In this document: positions 36,540-45,430 of the stretch, in pieces
How the letters are laid out: the number at the start of each line of letters is the position of its first letter
Position numbering within the stretch: position 1 is the first letter of the stretch
Virus record (IMG/VR): IMGVR_UViG_3300027906_004537
Span: 1 to 56,977 of that record
Strand: one strand, 5' to 3'
Length of the DNA: 56,977 nt
Source: a virus
Taxonomy: Duplodnaviria; Caudoviricetes
Position numbers and translations under genes: made by a program
Notes under the pieces: generated by a model
Told to the model about the DNA's origin: nothing
Database searches by the model: none
What the model saw: the letters and a program-made list of their open reading frames with translations, nothing else

Positions 36540-36784
36540 ATTTCACCCCCTTCAACCGCTTGCCGCCGAACCGACCATCCAGATCAGCCGTTACCTGCTC
36601 CAATGTCACCGGCTCCGGGTAAATCACTGTGCCGCCCTTTCCGTCGTGTAGGCGGAAGGTGAACTTGGTGTGCTTCATCCCTTCATCCCCATAATCAGAA
36701 TGAACAGGAAGAACGCTATCCAGGCTGCTGCCGTGAGGGCGTTACCGGGGCTGTCCTTCTCTTCGTCTAGTGGGTATTTGGGGG

Positions 36785-37060
36785 TCATTGGGGCACCTCA
36801 CTGCACTGGTCCGGGCGCGGTGGTAACCCGGTATCAACGTGCGCAAGATTCCCGCGCTCATCGGTTACGAACTCATGCTTTGGCAGGTAAACGCGCGGAA
36901 ATACCTCGTGCCATTCGCCGATAGCAGGGTCACACGCAGAGCAAAGCGCCCACGCCTCGCTCGGCTTGCCTCGCCAGCCTCCCGCAGGCATCCGTGACCA
37001 AAAATTGCTAGTGGCTGTGTTTTCTCGGCAGCCGCACTGGTAACACTGGAATAGGCTCAT
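36785..37060 (-). CDS. Hypothetical Cys-rich protein
   Basis: CxxCGC..ENTA and LCSAC motifs. Confidence 0.55.
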   Translation of the reverse strand: MSLFQCYQCGCRENTATSNFWSRMPAGGWRGKPSEAWALCSACDPAIGEWHEVFPRVYLPKHEFVTDERGNLAHVDTGLPPRPDQCSEVPQ

Positions 37061-37383
37061 ACACCCTCCTTGACCGTGATGCCGGCGGCATTGAGGGCCG
37101 CATTTACGGAAGCGATGTACTTAGCCTCGTTGAAGCACCCTCCATCTACGTCAGGGAAATAATCGACGTAGGCCTCTGAGCGCGGATTGGGTAATGCTCT
37201 CACCAGTGTGGCGCGGTAAACCTGATAACCAACCCAGCATCCCTGCACATACTCGTTTTCATAGTCGGCCTCGCCCTCTGCGCGTTTGAGCCAAGGGGTA
37301 TCGATGATGCCAATCACCGGGTGATACATTTCAAGCATTTGAGCCTCAAACGCTACCCGCAATTTCTCGTTATCCACGCTCAT
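37057..37383 (-). CDS. Hypothetical protein
   Basis: Coupled ORF in the nin region. Confidence 0.55.
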   Translation of the reverse strand: MSVDNEKLRVAFEAQMLEMYHPVIGIIDTPWLKRAEGEADYENEYVQGCWVGYQVYRATLVRALPNPRSEAYVDYFPDVDGGCFNEAKYIASVNAALNAAGITVKEGV

Positions 37384-37528
37384 CCCTCCACCACGCAGCC
37401 ATGCTGCACTTTGCGGCGCATGCGGCCGCGCTCGAATGTCACCGGGTTACGGTCGGTTACCGTCCAGCCCCGAGCTATGAACTCGTTGATGGTGCGGCGT
37501 AGGTCTAGCTGGGTGCGGCGCTCTTTGG

Positions 37529-38194
37529 TCATGGGTGCGCACCCCCTGACAACTTGGCGCGCATCGCGGCCAAGGCTGCGTTGGCCTTCTTCGGGTCGCC
37601 CTTGCCATAGATCGTTTCCGGCAGAGCCAGCGGCGGCTCGCTCAGAACCTCACCGGCGGCCAGGCGTTGGCGAACTACCCTGTATGCGTTCTCGAACTTC
37701 TTGCGCGCCATGTCGAAAGCCAAGGTTCGTAGGCTGTGCTGACCAGCACCGATCGCAGCGTGATAAACCGCCGGATGCGTCCAACGCTCATGCCCTGCCA
37801 TGCTTGGGTGGCTGTTGCGGCACGCCTCACGGAAGGCCATTTCATCGGCGGGCAGCCCGAGGCGCTCAGCCGCTGGCGTGCACCACTCGATGAACTTGCC
37901 AGGGCCAGGCACAAAGTCGCTTGGGTCTGCCCGACAGGCTTCAAGGCCAAACTGAATCTGCTCGATTCGAGATATGCCAGCCTGCGCGAACGCCTTGACC
38001 CAGGTTCGCTTGGCACTGGCCTCCGCTTTGGCATCGCCCCAGGCATGAGCCCATGCAGGCTTGCAGGACTTTATTTGCGTGAACAGCTTGTTCACAACCG
38101 TGGCAGTGGCTTCGTCATCCGGGATGGGCGCTCTGTTTTCCGGCAGCGTTGGCATCGGCTTATCGGCATCCAGCTGAACGTGCTTCATCGTCAT
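37529..38194 (-). CDS. Replication protein P-like (helicase loader)
   Basis: AKRTWVKAF...GI...EQIQFGL..CR....FVPGPGKFIEWC; HPAVYHAA. Confidence 0.85.
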   Translation of the reverse strand: MTMKHVQLDADKPMPTLPENRAPIPDDEATATVVNKLFTQIKSCKPAWAHAWGDAKAEASAKRTWVKAFAQAGISRIEQIQFGLEACRADPSDFVPGPGKFIEWCTPAAERLGLPADEMAFREACRNSHPSMAGHERWTHPAVYHAAIGAGQHSLRTLAFDMARKKFENAYRVVRQRLAAGEVLSEPPLALPETIYGKGDPKKANAALAAMRAKLSGGAHP

Positions 38195-39024
38195 AGTTCT
38201 CCAGTGGCTCCGTGAATCCAATCAGTGCTGTCGGGGTCGGCGGCTTGCTGCTTGTTGCGGGGGCGGCGGTTTGCGTCTTCCTGCGCCTTGAGCATCCAGG
38301 TGCGCCAGGTGGCCACCCAGTCAGCCTTGGTGCCGCCGGTGCCGCGCCAGTAGTTCACGAACTTCTCGGTTTCGAACACCAGGTCGACAGCAGGCGCTCG
38401 CTCAGTTGCCCATTCGCGCATCAGGTGAGTGACGTTGAACGGGTCGGGTAGTCGGGTTTTCCGTTTGGCCTTCGATTCAGCCGGGACTTGCTTTGGGGGA
38501 TTCCCCCCTTGGGGGGATAAAGGGGGGTTATGTTTTGAATATCCTGAACCCTGAGGTAGGTTGCTGTTCAGCAATTCGCCTGATTCTGATGCGGTTGCTG
38601 ATCCTGCCGGTGCATCCTCCAAAGCCCCGCCATTACTTGGTTCGCCTTGGCTGCTGTTCGGTTGTTCATCTGGTTGCTGATCTGGTTGTTCATCGGTTGC
38701 TGATGTTTTGGGCGCACTAATGCGCGTAGCCAGTGGAAGCTCAAACACCATCGGCCCAACCTGTACCAGAGCACCCAGGGAACCCAGCCTTGCAATCACC
38801 GACCTCACCCGCTGACGTGTTGGCGATCCAGACTCATGACGCCCGCGCAACGGGGCCACATAAAGCACCTCAGAAAGCATCTGCTCGCTGATACGCTTCA
38901 CGCGCCCCGCTATACCGGTGCGGTAGTCCATCGCACGCCTGATAGCGCAGTAGGCCAGGAAGATGTCGCCCGGCTCTTCCACGAGCGCGGCCCACTCTTC
39001 GTCGTTGATCTGGAATGCGCTCAT
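38191..39024 (-). CDS. Replication initiator (O-like)
   Basis: Upstream of P; internal iterons; C-terminal EKFVNYW...KADWVATWRTW. Confidence 0.8.
   Translation of the reverse strand: MSAFQINDEEWAALVEEPGDIFLAYCAIRRAMDYRTGIAGRVKRISEQMLSEVLYVAPLRGRHESGSPTRQRVRSVIARLGSLGALVQVGPMVFELPLATRISAPKTSATDEQPDQQPDEQPNSSQGEPSNGGALEDAPAGSATASESGELLNSNLPQGSGYSKHNPPLSPQGGNPPKQVPAESKAKRKTRLPDPFNVTHLMREWATERAPAVDLVFETEKFVNYWRGTGGTKADWVATWRTWMLKAQEDANRRPRNKQQAADPDSTDWIHGATGEL
38559..38705. repeat. Replication-origin iterons
   Basis: Four tandem about 12-bp GGTTG(T/C)T(C/G)AT units at 38660-38705 plus two more near 38593 and 38559, inside the O-like gene. Confidence 0.75.
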
Positions 39025-39115
39025 CAGCCCCCCATCAAACCACTGGACAGCCACCCAGCACCCTCAACCGACTTTTGAGCGGTTGACGATTCGCGGATAC
39101 TTTGGGGTGTGGGAG

Positions 39116-39346
39116 TCATGCGGCGGCCAGCTCTGGCCAGATGACAGACCAGTCGTCAGGGCGCAGTTGTTTGCGCGTGACCTGGCCCCTCGTCACCAGC
39201 TCAAGGCGTGACGCCACCTCAGGCGATGCCGGACGGTTCCCATAACCGATCTGGCGCAAGTGGCCCCGCGTCGTGCCGGTCTCGGCCACCGATTTGTCAG
39301 TTGCAGACTTGAGCCAATCGAGCAGCTCGATGTGTTTTGTACGCAT
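39116..39346 (-). CDS. cro: Cro-like (YdaS-type) repressor
   Basis: GTTRGHLRQIGYG.R.ASP..A..LE..T.G.VTR..LRPDDW..IWPEL; divergent from cI. Confidence 0.88.
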   Translation of the reverse strand: MRTKHIELLDWLKSATDKSVAETGTTRGHLRQIGYGNRPASPEVASRLELVTRGQVTRKQLRPDDWSVIWPELAAA

Positions 39347-39371
39347 TGGGTTTCCTCCGTTATGCGCACAG

Positions 39372-39427
39372 ATTAGCGTTTGCTAATGCGGCCTGCAATA
39401 GCAAATTGCAATTTACCGTTTGCTAAT
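39372..39427. promoter_or_regulatory. OR: three 16-bp operators
   Basis: ATTAGCGTTTGCTAAT, AATAGCAAATTGCAAT and TTTACCGTTTGCTAAT between cro and cI. Confidence 0.8.
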
Positions 39428-39446
39428 AGATGGGCAATATCAGGCC

Positions 39447-40163
39447 ATGGAAATGAAAGAGCTTCGTCGGCGCACGCTCGCCAAGCTGATTGGCGAAATG
39501 AGAACTAAGGATTTTGCAGAGCAGCACGACCTTGATGCGTCGTACCTGTCCCAAATCCTGAACGGGCATCGCGGAATGGGCGAGAAAGCTGCGCGCAAGA
39601 TGGAAATTAAGATCGGGCTGCCGGACGGCACCCTAGTAAATCCGAGCCAGGAAGGTCTTGGAGCGGAAGGGAATACCAACCAAGGAAAGGAGAGCAACGT
39701 GATAAGTGCTGATTTCTCCAGTAAGCGGAAGGATCTGATCACCATTCCCCGGCTTGATGTTGGGGCTTCAATGGGGCGCGGCTTGTCGCGGCCTGACGAC
39801 TATGAAGACGTCATCGACAACATGCGTGTCAGTACCGGATGGCTACGCCGCAACGTCGGCTCCAGCTCACCCGACAACCTGGCCGTCATCACCGGCTATG
39901 GCGATTCCATGGAAGGCACGTTCAGCGATGGCGACTTGCTCCTGGTAGATCGCGGCGTAACCGATATCAAGATTGATGCGGTCTATGTCCTATGCCTGAA
40001 GGACGAGTTGTACATCAAGCGCCTGCAGCGCCGCCCTGATGGCGTACTGCTGATGCTTTCGGATAACGAAAAGTACAAGCCCTACGAGATTAAGAACGGA
40101 GACCTTGAGCAGTTTGAGGTTTTAGGGCGGGTAATGCTGGCATGGAATGCGAAGCGGCTATAA
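39447..40163 (+). CDS. cI: CI repressor (HTH plus S24 peptidase)
   Basis: SYLSQILNG HTH; GDSM (Ser) and YIKRL (Lys) dyad, implying RecA-dependent self-cleavage. Confidence 0.92.
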   Translation: MEMKELRRRTLAKLIGEMRTKDFAEQHDLDASYLSQILNGHRGMGEKAARKMEIKIGLPDGTLVNPSQEGLGAEGNTNQGKESNVISADFSSKRKDLITIPRLDVGASMGRGLSRPDDYEDVIDNMRVSTGWLRRNVGSSSPDNLAVITGYGDSMEGTFSDGDLLLVDRGVTDIKIDAVYVLCLKDELYIKRLQRRPDGVLLMLSDNEKYKPYEIKNGDLEQFEVLGRVMLAWNAKRL

Positions 40164-40193
40164 GACACGCAATCAAGGAAAGGTAAACTCTGT

Positions 40194-40730
40194 ATGGATA
40201 CAGGCACTCTTTGGGTGGTTATCGTTGGCGCTGCGGCTGCCGGTTTATTCTGGATTTACCGGAAGCAACAAGCTCAAGCGGCAGCTGATCATTTATCAGC
40301 TCTGCGTAGAGCTGAGGTCGAAAGACTAGCTTTCAAAGCGCAAGATGCATGCGCCAAGCTTTCGGAAATGAAGACAGCTACAGGCCAATCAAACCAAGCA
40401 AAGCGAGCCATTGCGATACTAGAAGAGGCGGCAGCCTATCCTGAATGCCATCAGGTGATCCGCAATTACGATGAAATGTGCCGTCGGCTGGAGGCGATTC
40501 AGAAAGTCGCCCCAGTGATAGATAAAATCGAAAAATCTTATCGCCACAAATTCAAAGGCAATGAGAAAGCAGAGCTAAACGCGCTGCTTGATGCCATGTA
40601 CGAAATAACAACTGAATACATTACAGATCAGGATCTCCTTGACGCGGAGATGTACCCGAGCGGTACCGGTGAGATTGTTTCCATAGCTGGAATCAGGAAC
40701 CGATGCCGCCAGCTGGGTTGGGAAGGCTAA
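40194..40730 (+). CDS. Membrane-anchored hypothetical protein
   Basis: N-terminal TM (LWVVIVGAAAAGLFWIY); co-oriented behind cI. Confidence 0.65.
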   Translation: MDTGTLWVVIVGAAAAGLFWIYRKQQAQAAADHLSALRRAEVERLAFKAQDACAKLSEMKTATGQSNQAKRAIAILEEAAAYPECHQVIRNYDEMCRRLEAIQKVAPVIDKIEKSYRHKFKGNEKAELNALLDAMYEITTEYITDQDLLDAEMYPSGTGEIVSIAGIRNRCRQLGWEG

Positions 40731-40858
40731 TGTTCGGCCCCCACTTCTGGCGGTCCCTGCTCGACGGAAAGCGCTGGGCCAGGCGTCAGCTGGTTGAGGG
40801 CCTGGTCGTGGTGGCCGTGGTGCTTTTGGCGGGGTGGCTGGTGAAGAATTATGCGTAA
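40730..40858 (+). CDS. Small membrane protein (42 aa, not in the ORF track)
   Basis: MFGPHFWRSLLDGKRWARRQLVEGLVVVAVVLLAGWLVKNYA; TAATG coupling to the upstream gene. Confidence 0.5.
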   Translation: MFGPHFWRSLLDGKRWARRQLVEGLVVVAVVLLAGWLVKNYA

Positions 40859-40923
40859 CCCGCCGTGCTGGCCTGGGTGCGCGGAAGTTGTAACAAGAAA
40901 ACATAACAGGAAGGTTCTACATA

Positions 40924-42027
40924 ATGGCAGATGACAAGGATGTTAAGGCGCGCGAGATTGCGTGCTCTATCCGGAAGTGGGCCGTCAGCAAAGGCTTGAT
41001 GCAACCGCTACCAGAAGCTGTCGAGAACAATATCACGGGCGGAGTTGAGCCCTTGAAGGCCAGCACAGAAGCGGAAGCTCTGATTCGTCAAAAAGGCCTA
41101 ATGTCCATAGCGTATGACGCGGTTTCAAGAACAATATTCCTGTACACAAAAAAGAAGGTTTACCAGAAGGATTACAAAGTCCTTCCGAGACAGATAGGTG
41201 GATGCGGAATAGCGTACCCCCAAGGCGTGAACGACGATATTGGAAAGCAACCTCCCCAAGCGCAGGGAGCCGCTTTTACTACCTACCTTGCAAATGGAGC
41301 TCAACGCTACACCTGCGGCTCGTCAATTTCGCCCGGTAACAGCTGTTCCGCGGGCACTCTTGGTGCATTGGTAAAGGACGCTACGGGTAAGATGCTTGGC
41401 CTGACAAATAACCATGTCAGCGGGCAGTGCAATCACGCTTCCCCCGGCCTGCCGATTCTGGCGCCGGGCGTAATGGATGTTAATCCAAATAACATCCACC
41501 CCTTCACTATCGGCCTGCATCAACACGTCCTGAAAATGGGTATTGGCACCCAAGGTAATATTGATATTAGGGAAAACAGCGACGCAGCAACTTTCGCAAT
41601 CACCAACCCTGAATTTGTTACATCCATGCAAGGCGGCCTGTATGATACGCCGCTGTCAATTGTTGCGCCGCTGGAAGGCATGAAGGTTCAAAAGGTTGGC
41701 AGGACGACTAGCCACACAACCGGCAAAATTGTTGGCAGAGAGCTTATGCCCATAGGTATTCACTATGCAGCCCATGAATATGGGTTTTCGGGCATGATCT
41801 ATTTTGATGAAGTTTGGATAGTCCATGGGGACAATGAGTCATTCTCTGCGCCTGGCGACTCTGGCTCTTTGATCGTGACGTTGGATGGCGATTCTGCAGC
41901 AGTTGGCCTACTCTTTGCCGGTGGTTCCGATTCCTTGGCTGATGGAGGCGATAAAACTTTGTTCCTTCCCATTGGTCCAATTTTAGAGAAGCTCGATGTC
42001 AGCCTGGTTGGAGGACACAATGTATGA
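40924..42027 (+). CDS. Trypsin-like (Nal1-like) serine protease
   Basis: AGTLGA, LTNNHV (His), SDAA (Asp), KVGRTT..T.G and GDSGS (Ser); no signal peptide. Confidence 0.85.
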   Translation: MADDKDVKAREIACSIRKWAVSKGLMQPLPEAVENNITGGVEPLKASTEAEALIRQKGLMSIAYDAVSRTIFLYTKKKVYQKDYKVLPRQIGGCGIAYPQGVNDDIGKQPPQAQGAAFTTYLANGAQRYTCGSSISPGNSCSAGTLGALVKDATGKMLGLTNNHVSGQCNHASPGLPILAPGVMDVNPNNIHPFTIGLHQHVLKMGIGTQGNIDIRENSDAATFAITNPEFVTSMQGGLYDTPLSIVAPLEGMKVQKVGRTTSHTTGKIVGRELMPIGIHYAAHEYGFSGMIYFDEVWIVHGDNESFSAPGDSGSLIVTLDGDSAAVGLLFAGGSDSLADGGDKTLFLPIGPILEKLDVSLVGGHNV

Positions 42028-42250
42028 ATCCAAAGCAACACCAAGGGTAGCGGCTCAGCATCTGCTAGCACTGCTGGGTGTTACTGCTGGATCAGTATCG
42101 ATATCTTCTTTCAAAAAAGAAGGTAACGGTACAGCTTTGAGGGTGTTCATAACCCCAAAAATGAAGCACCTAAAATCTCGTATTCCTGACTTTTGGGAAG
42201 GATATCCTGTTACTTGCGAGATAGCCGAAGCCCCTAGGGCTCAAATTTAA
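42020..42250 (+). CDS. Small partner protein of the protease (76 aa)
   Basis: RBS GGAGG; overlaps the protease stop by 8 nt. Confidence 0.65.
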   Translation: MYESKATPRVAAQHLLALLGVTAGSVSISSFKKEGNGTALRVFITPKMKHLKSRIPDFWEGYPVTCEIAEAPRAQI

Positions 42251-42269
42251 AAACCGCGAACTATCAATC

Positions 42270-42328
42270 AAGCCCGCCCCGAGCGGGCTTTTTGTGCCCT
42301 CCCCTAGCCCGCCTTGTGCGGGTTTTTT
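42270..42328 (+). terminator. Tandem intrinsic terminators
   Basis: AGCCCGC..GCGGGCTTTTT and GCCCGC..GCGGGTTTTTT. Confidence 0.8.
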
Positions 42329-42346
42329 ATTGCCTATCGAAAATAA

Positions 42347-42389
42347 TTTAGCATTTGCTATTGCGCATGAGATTACTGTTTGCTAATTT
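42347..42389 (+). promoter_or_regulatory. PL promoter with two CI operators (OL)
   Basis: TTGCGC-17-TAATTT overlapped by TTTAGCATTTGCTATT and ATTACTGTTTGCTAAT, matching the OR sites. Confidence 0.8.
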
Positions 42390-42702
42390 TACTCCCAAGC
42401 CAGCAACAAACGGCCCAGGGCTCGACCCGCGATCTTTTACAACTCAGACCACCCAGCTTGCGGATGTATAGCAAGCGCACCTGCCAGGCATTGGCAGGCA
42501 GTACCGGCGCATATCGTCGGGCTGGGCATAAGCAACTCAAGCGAGGCCGGGATGGTGAATCTCGGTGTGTGAGTAGCTGGTAACTCGTAATGGAGGCCGG
42601 CCAAAGCATCAGCAGGCGTGACGACTGCGGGCTTATGCAAAGACAGATTTCTATATGCACCTTGGCAACAGGGTGCATGTGGAAACAAGAGAGGAAACCC
42701 TG

Positions 42703-42921
42703 ATGAAGAAAGCAGATTTCACGCTGGTATTGCGCCAAGTGGACGGCGCCAGAGTTAAGCGGCTCTTATCTGAAAATCCTGATTGGTCAGCGGCAGCGCA
42801 GTTTGACGTAATAGCTGAGAGGGATCGTATGGAGAGCTTTATTCGTGAGATTAGTCGCGGCCAGCACTACAACCCAGAACAAGCAGCCGAACACCTGATG
42901 CGTGAAATGCGTATCGCTTAG
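42703..42921 (+). CDS. Hypothetical early protein
   Basis: RBS GAGG; first ORF after the PL leader. Confidence 0.55.
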   Translation: MKKADFTLVLRQVDGARVKRLLSENPDWSAAAQFDVIAERDRMESFIREISRGQHYNPEQAAEHLMREMRIA

Positions 42922-42981
42922 ATTGCTGATTTCTCATGCCGATTCACTGAGTCGGCATCGGAAACAACTGAGGACTACCAA

Positions 42982-43356
42982 ATGGAACCAATCATCAGAG
43001 GGAACTGGCAAGGTTTCCTCGGCATGGGATTAAGCGCTCGCGAGCTGGAGTTCACGCTCGAAGTAGCGGCCGGCAAGACGGACAAGCAGATGGCCAAAGA
43101 GGCCGGCATTGCCCCGGACAGCGTGCACAAGCGCGTGATGTCGGCCATGTTCAAGCTGGGCGCCAGTCGCCGGGCACAGCTCGTCGCAGAGGCCATGCGC
43201 CGGGCAATCATCACCCCGCTGCTGCTCATGCTTGCAATCTGCATGATGGCAGTACAAGCCACCCCGGATCACCAGCCAGTCACCCGTAACCGCATTGTCC
43301 GAGTAAAGGGCGGAGCGCGCAGGGATGCTGATGTGAGTGTGTTTCGGATTTGTTGA
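42982..43356 (+). CDS. LuxR-type HTH protein with hydrophobic C-terminus
   Basis: LSARELE....VAAGKTDKQMA...GIAPDSV.K....M.KLG...R. Confidence 0.8.
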   Translation: MEPIIRGNWQGFLGMGLSARELEFTLEVAAGKTDKQMAKEAGIAPDSVHKRVMSAMFKLGASRRAQLVAEAMRRAIITPLLLMLAICMMAVQATPDHQPVTRNRIVRVKGGARRDADVSVFRIC

Positions 43357-43367
43357 AGGAGAGAGAC

Positions 43368-43607
43368 GTGGAAAAGCTAACACCTGATCAGCGTACGCAG
43401 CTGATTGACCGCCTGGATCGCTCATTTCAGGCAATGCCGCGATGGGTAAAGATCGCAACCAAGCATGCCATGGGCGCACCGAAGAACAACCCGGCCACCG
43501 GCCAGCCGTTCACCTCGTTCCGGGAGGTAATCACTGTGGCAGCAGATGAAACGCTGATTACTCTTCGTGATGACTTCGAGGATAACGACGACCTTGCACC
43601 CGAATAA
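43368..43607 (+). CDS. Hypothetical protein
   Basis: GTG start after AAGGAG. Confidence 0.5.
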   Translation: MEKLTPDQRTQLIDRLDRSFQAMPRWVKIATKHAMGAPKNNPATGQPFTSFREVITVAADETLITLRDDFEDNDDLAPE

Positions 43608-43641
43608 TCGCTGACTTGTTGATAACGGAAGGAGAAGGGAA

Positions 43642-43944
43642 ATGGGCTGGAACGCTGGATACACAATTTTCGAATCAACGGTTATCGGCGCCTACGATCT
43701 TGGAAAGCTGGACAAAGAAATGCTCGCGGTGCTGATGGAGCCGTACCGGCACAGCGATATCGACAGCGGCGGAAGTCGCGGCATGAAATCGCATGACGGC
43801 AAAGACGTTGAGCGGTTAGTGATTGAGACTTGGGGGCTGGCTATGCCAGATGCACCCATCGGTGACGATGACGCCGCTTGGGACGATTATGGCGACGACA
43901 TTTATGAAAAGTTCAGAGAAGTCACCGAGAATTTTGGCTGGTGA
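43642..43944 (+). CDS. Hypothetical acidic protein
   Basis: RBS AAGGAG. Confidence 0.55.
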   Translation: MGWNAGYTIFESTVIGAYDLGKLDKEMLAVLMEPYRHSDIDSGGSRGMKSHDGKDVERLVIETWGLAMPDAPIGDDDAAWDDYGDDIYEKFREVTENFGW

Positions 43945-43959
43945 TATCTATGCAACCCA

Positions 43960-44480
43960 TCGCCCTTTCACTGAGAGGGCATCTGGAAGTGCTCTGAGCG
44001 CGGAGAAATGCATGGGGAAGGCTGATCTACCGTCTACCGCACCGGGAGAGCGCTTCCAGATGTAGATGCACCCCAATGGCGGGGCAATCGCCAATCGTTG
44101 CCGAGATACCAAGGCGTTAAATGATGGTCAATAACGCTCGGAGCTGGACACGCCTCCAGCCATCTACATCACAAGCGCCACCAGCTAAGAGGTGGTACAG
44201 CAAGACGGCGGTGTAAGCCCGCGCGGGAGACGTAACCCGCCCAATCACCCCGGCAGGGCCAAAGGCTGCTGTGGGGATGTATTGGAAAGGGTTTGGCAGG
44301 GGACGCCCTGAAATGTGTGAGCGCGGAGGCTCAGCGGCTAGCTCGAAAGGCAGGCATCGTGGGTTCGATTCCCACCACGCACCCCAAACCCTTTACCAAT
44401 GCATTAACCAGCACCACCCACCCCTCCCCCTTCCAGTGTCCAGAAGCATGCACGCCATGCCTGTGGGCACTCCCTTGTCT
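43960..44480 (+). ncRNA. Array of structured RNA elements including a tRNA-like unit
   Basis: Consecutive long inverted repeats; GTGGG-TTCGATT-CCCAC T-arm at 44359-44375. Confidence 0.5.
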
Positions 44481-44490
44481 GGAGATTGAT

Positions 44491-44772
44491 ATGGATACCA
44501 GCACACCGCCCGGCATCGAGGGCGAAATCACGTATGGCGGCTGGGTGATTGCCTACCGCGCAGATATGGACGAGGACGACGGGTTTTATTGGCACGTCCT
44601 GAACCTGAAGCCTGATGGCGACAACGGCGAAAGCCTCAGCGACCTGGCGGACACGATGGTTAAGCGACACGACGACATTGACGCCCTGGTCAAAGCCGCC
44701 TTCCTCGCTGACGTGAAGGCCCACAACGACAACATGCTGATTAACAATTGGGAGCACCGCCGTCATGGATAA
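44491..44772 (+). CDS. Hypothetical protein
   Basis: RBS GGAG before MDTSTPPG. Confidence 0.5.
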   Translation: MDTSTPPGIEGEITYGGWVIAYRADMDEDDGFYWHVLNLKPDGDNGESLSDLADTMVKRHDDIDALVKAAFLADVKAHNDNMLINNWEHRRHG

Positions 44773-45064
44773 CCCAGCAACCACCAGCAACCCGCTGTTC
44801 TGGCGCCCTGTGAAGCTGGATCGCGATCAGGCCATGAACATCATTGCCCTGCGCCGCTGCCACATCAAGCGCGCAGAGCGGGATCAGATGAACGCCTTCA
44901 TGGCTGCCGGCCGCGAAGAGCTGCGCCAGTTGGTCGACTGCGGCGCCATCAGCCAGGGCGAGCAGGATTTCTATACCCGAGAGTACACAGCGCTGTGCTC
45001 TGAACGGCTTGTTCGGTTGCTGCCTGCCAGTGTTCAGGCGCGGATGAAGTGGAGGCTGAAATGA
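44765..45064 (+). CDS. Hypothetical protein
   Basis: Coupled ORF in the early operon. Confidence 0.5.
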   Translation: MDNPATTSNPLFWRPVKLDRDQAMNIIALRRCHIKRAERDQMNAFMAAGREELRQLVDCGAISQGEQDFYTREYTALCSERLVRLLPASVQARMKWRLK

Positions 45065-45318
45065 GCAAGCACACAGGCGGCCCAGCGTTTCCGGTTTCTA
45101 TTGAGTCGGCAGCGTGTGCAGGGATGAGTGTCGGCTCTGAAATGGGCATGACCCTGCGCGACTACTTCGCCGTAAGGGCTAGCGAAGAGGACATAGCGCT
45201 TTACATGCCTCATAGCGGCGGTATGCAGGGGGTTGCTATCACTGAACGCCTAGCCAAAACCAGACATCAGGCGCGCTACATGCACGCCGACGCCATGCTA
45301 GCCGAGCGTGCCAAATGA
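45061..45318 (+). CDS. Conserved phage hypothetical protein
   Basis: TGGPAFP..GMTLRDYFA..Y..ADAMLAER motif common in phages. Confidence 0.7.
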   Translation: MSKHTGGPAFPVSIESAACAGMSVGSEMGMTLRDYFAVRASEEDIALYMPHSGGMQGVAITERLAKTRHQARYMHADAMLAERAK

Positions 45319-45430
45319 AATACCTCAAACCCCTGTCTGCAATAGCCCTTGGTGCTGTTGCTGCTATCTACGTATCAATCGCGCTTGGCGGGCTGCTGTG
45401 TGTGGCCTGCCTGGTGCTGGGAGGTGATCA

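Noticed and set aside
38559-38705. Short tandem repeats as a CRISPR array
   Set aside because: 12-bp units without unique spacers inside the initiator gene; these are iterons. No CRISPR array was seen in the window
44314-44384. Canonical tRNA gene
   Set aside because: T-arm is good but D-arm, anticodon loop (no U33) and CCA end are irregular; reported only as tRNA-like
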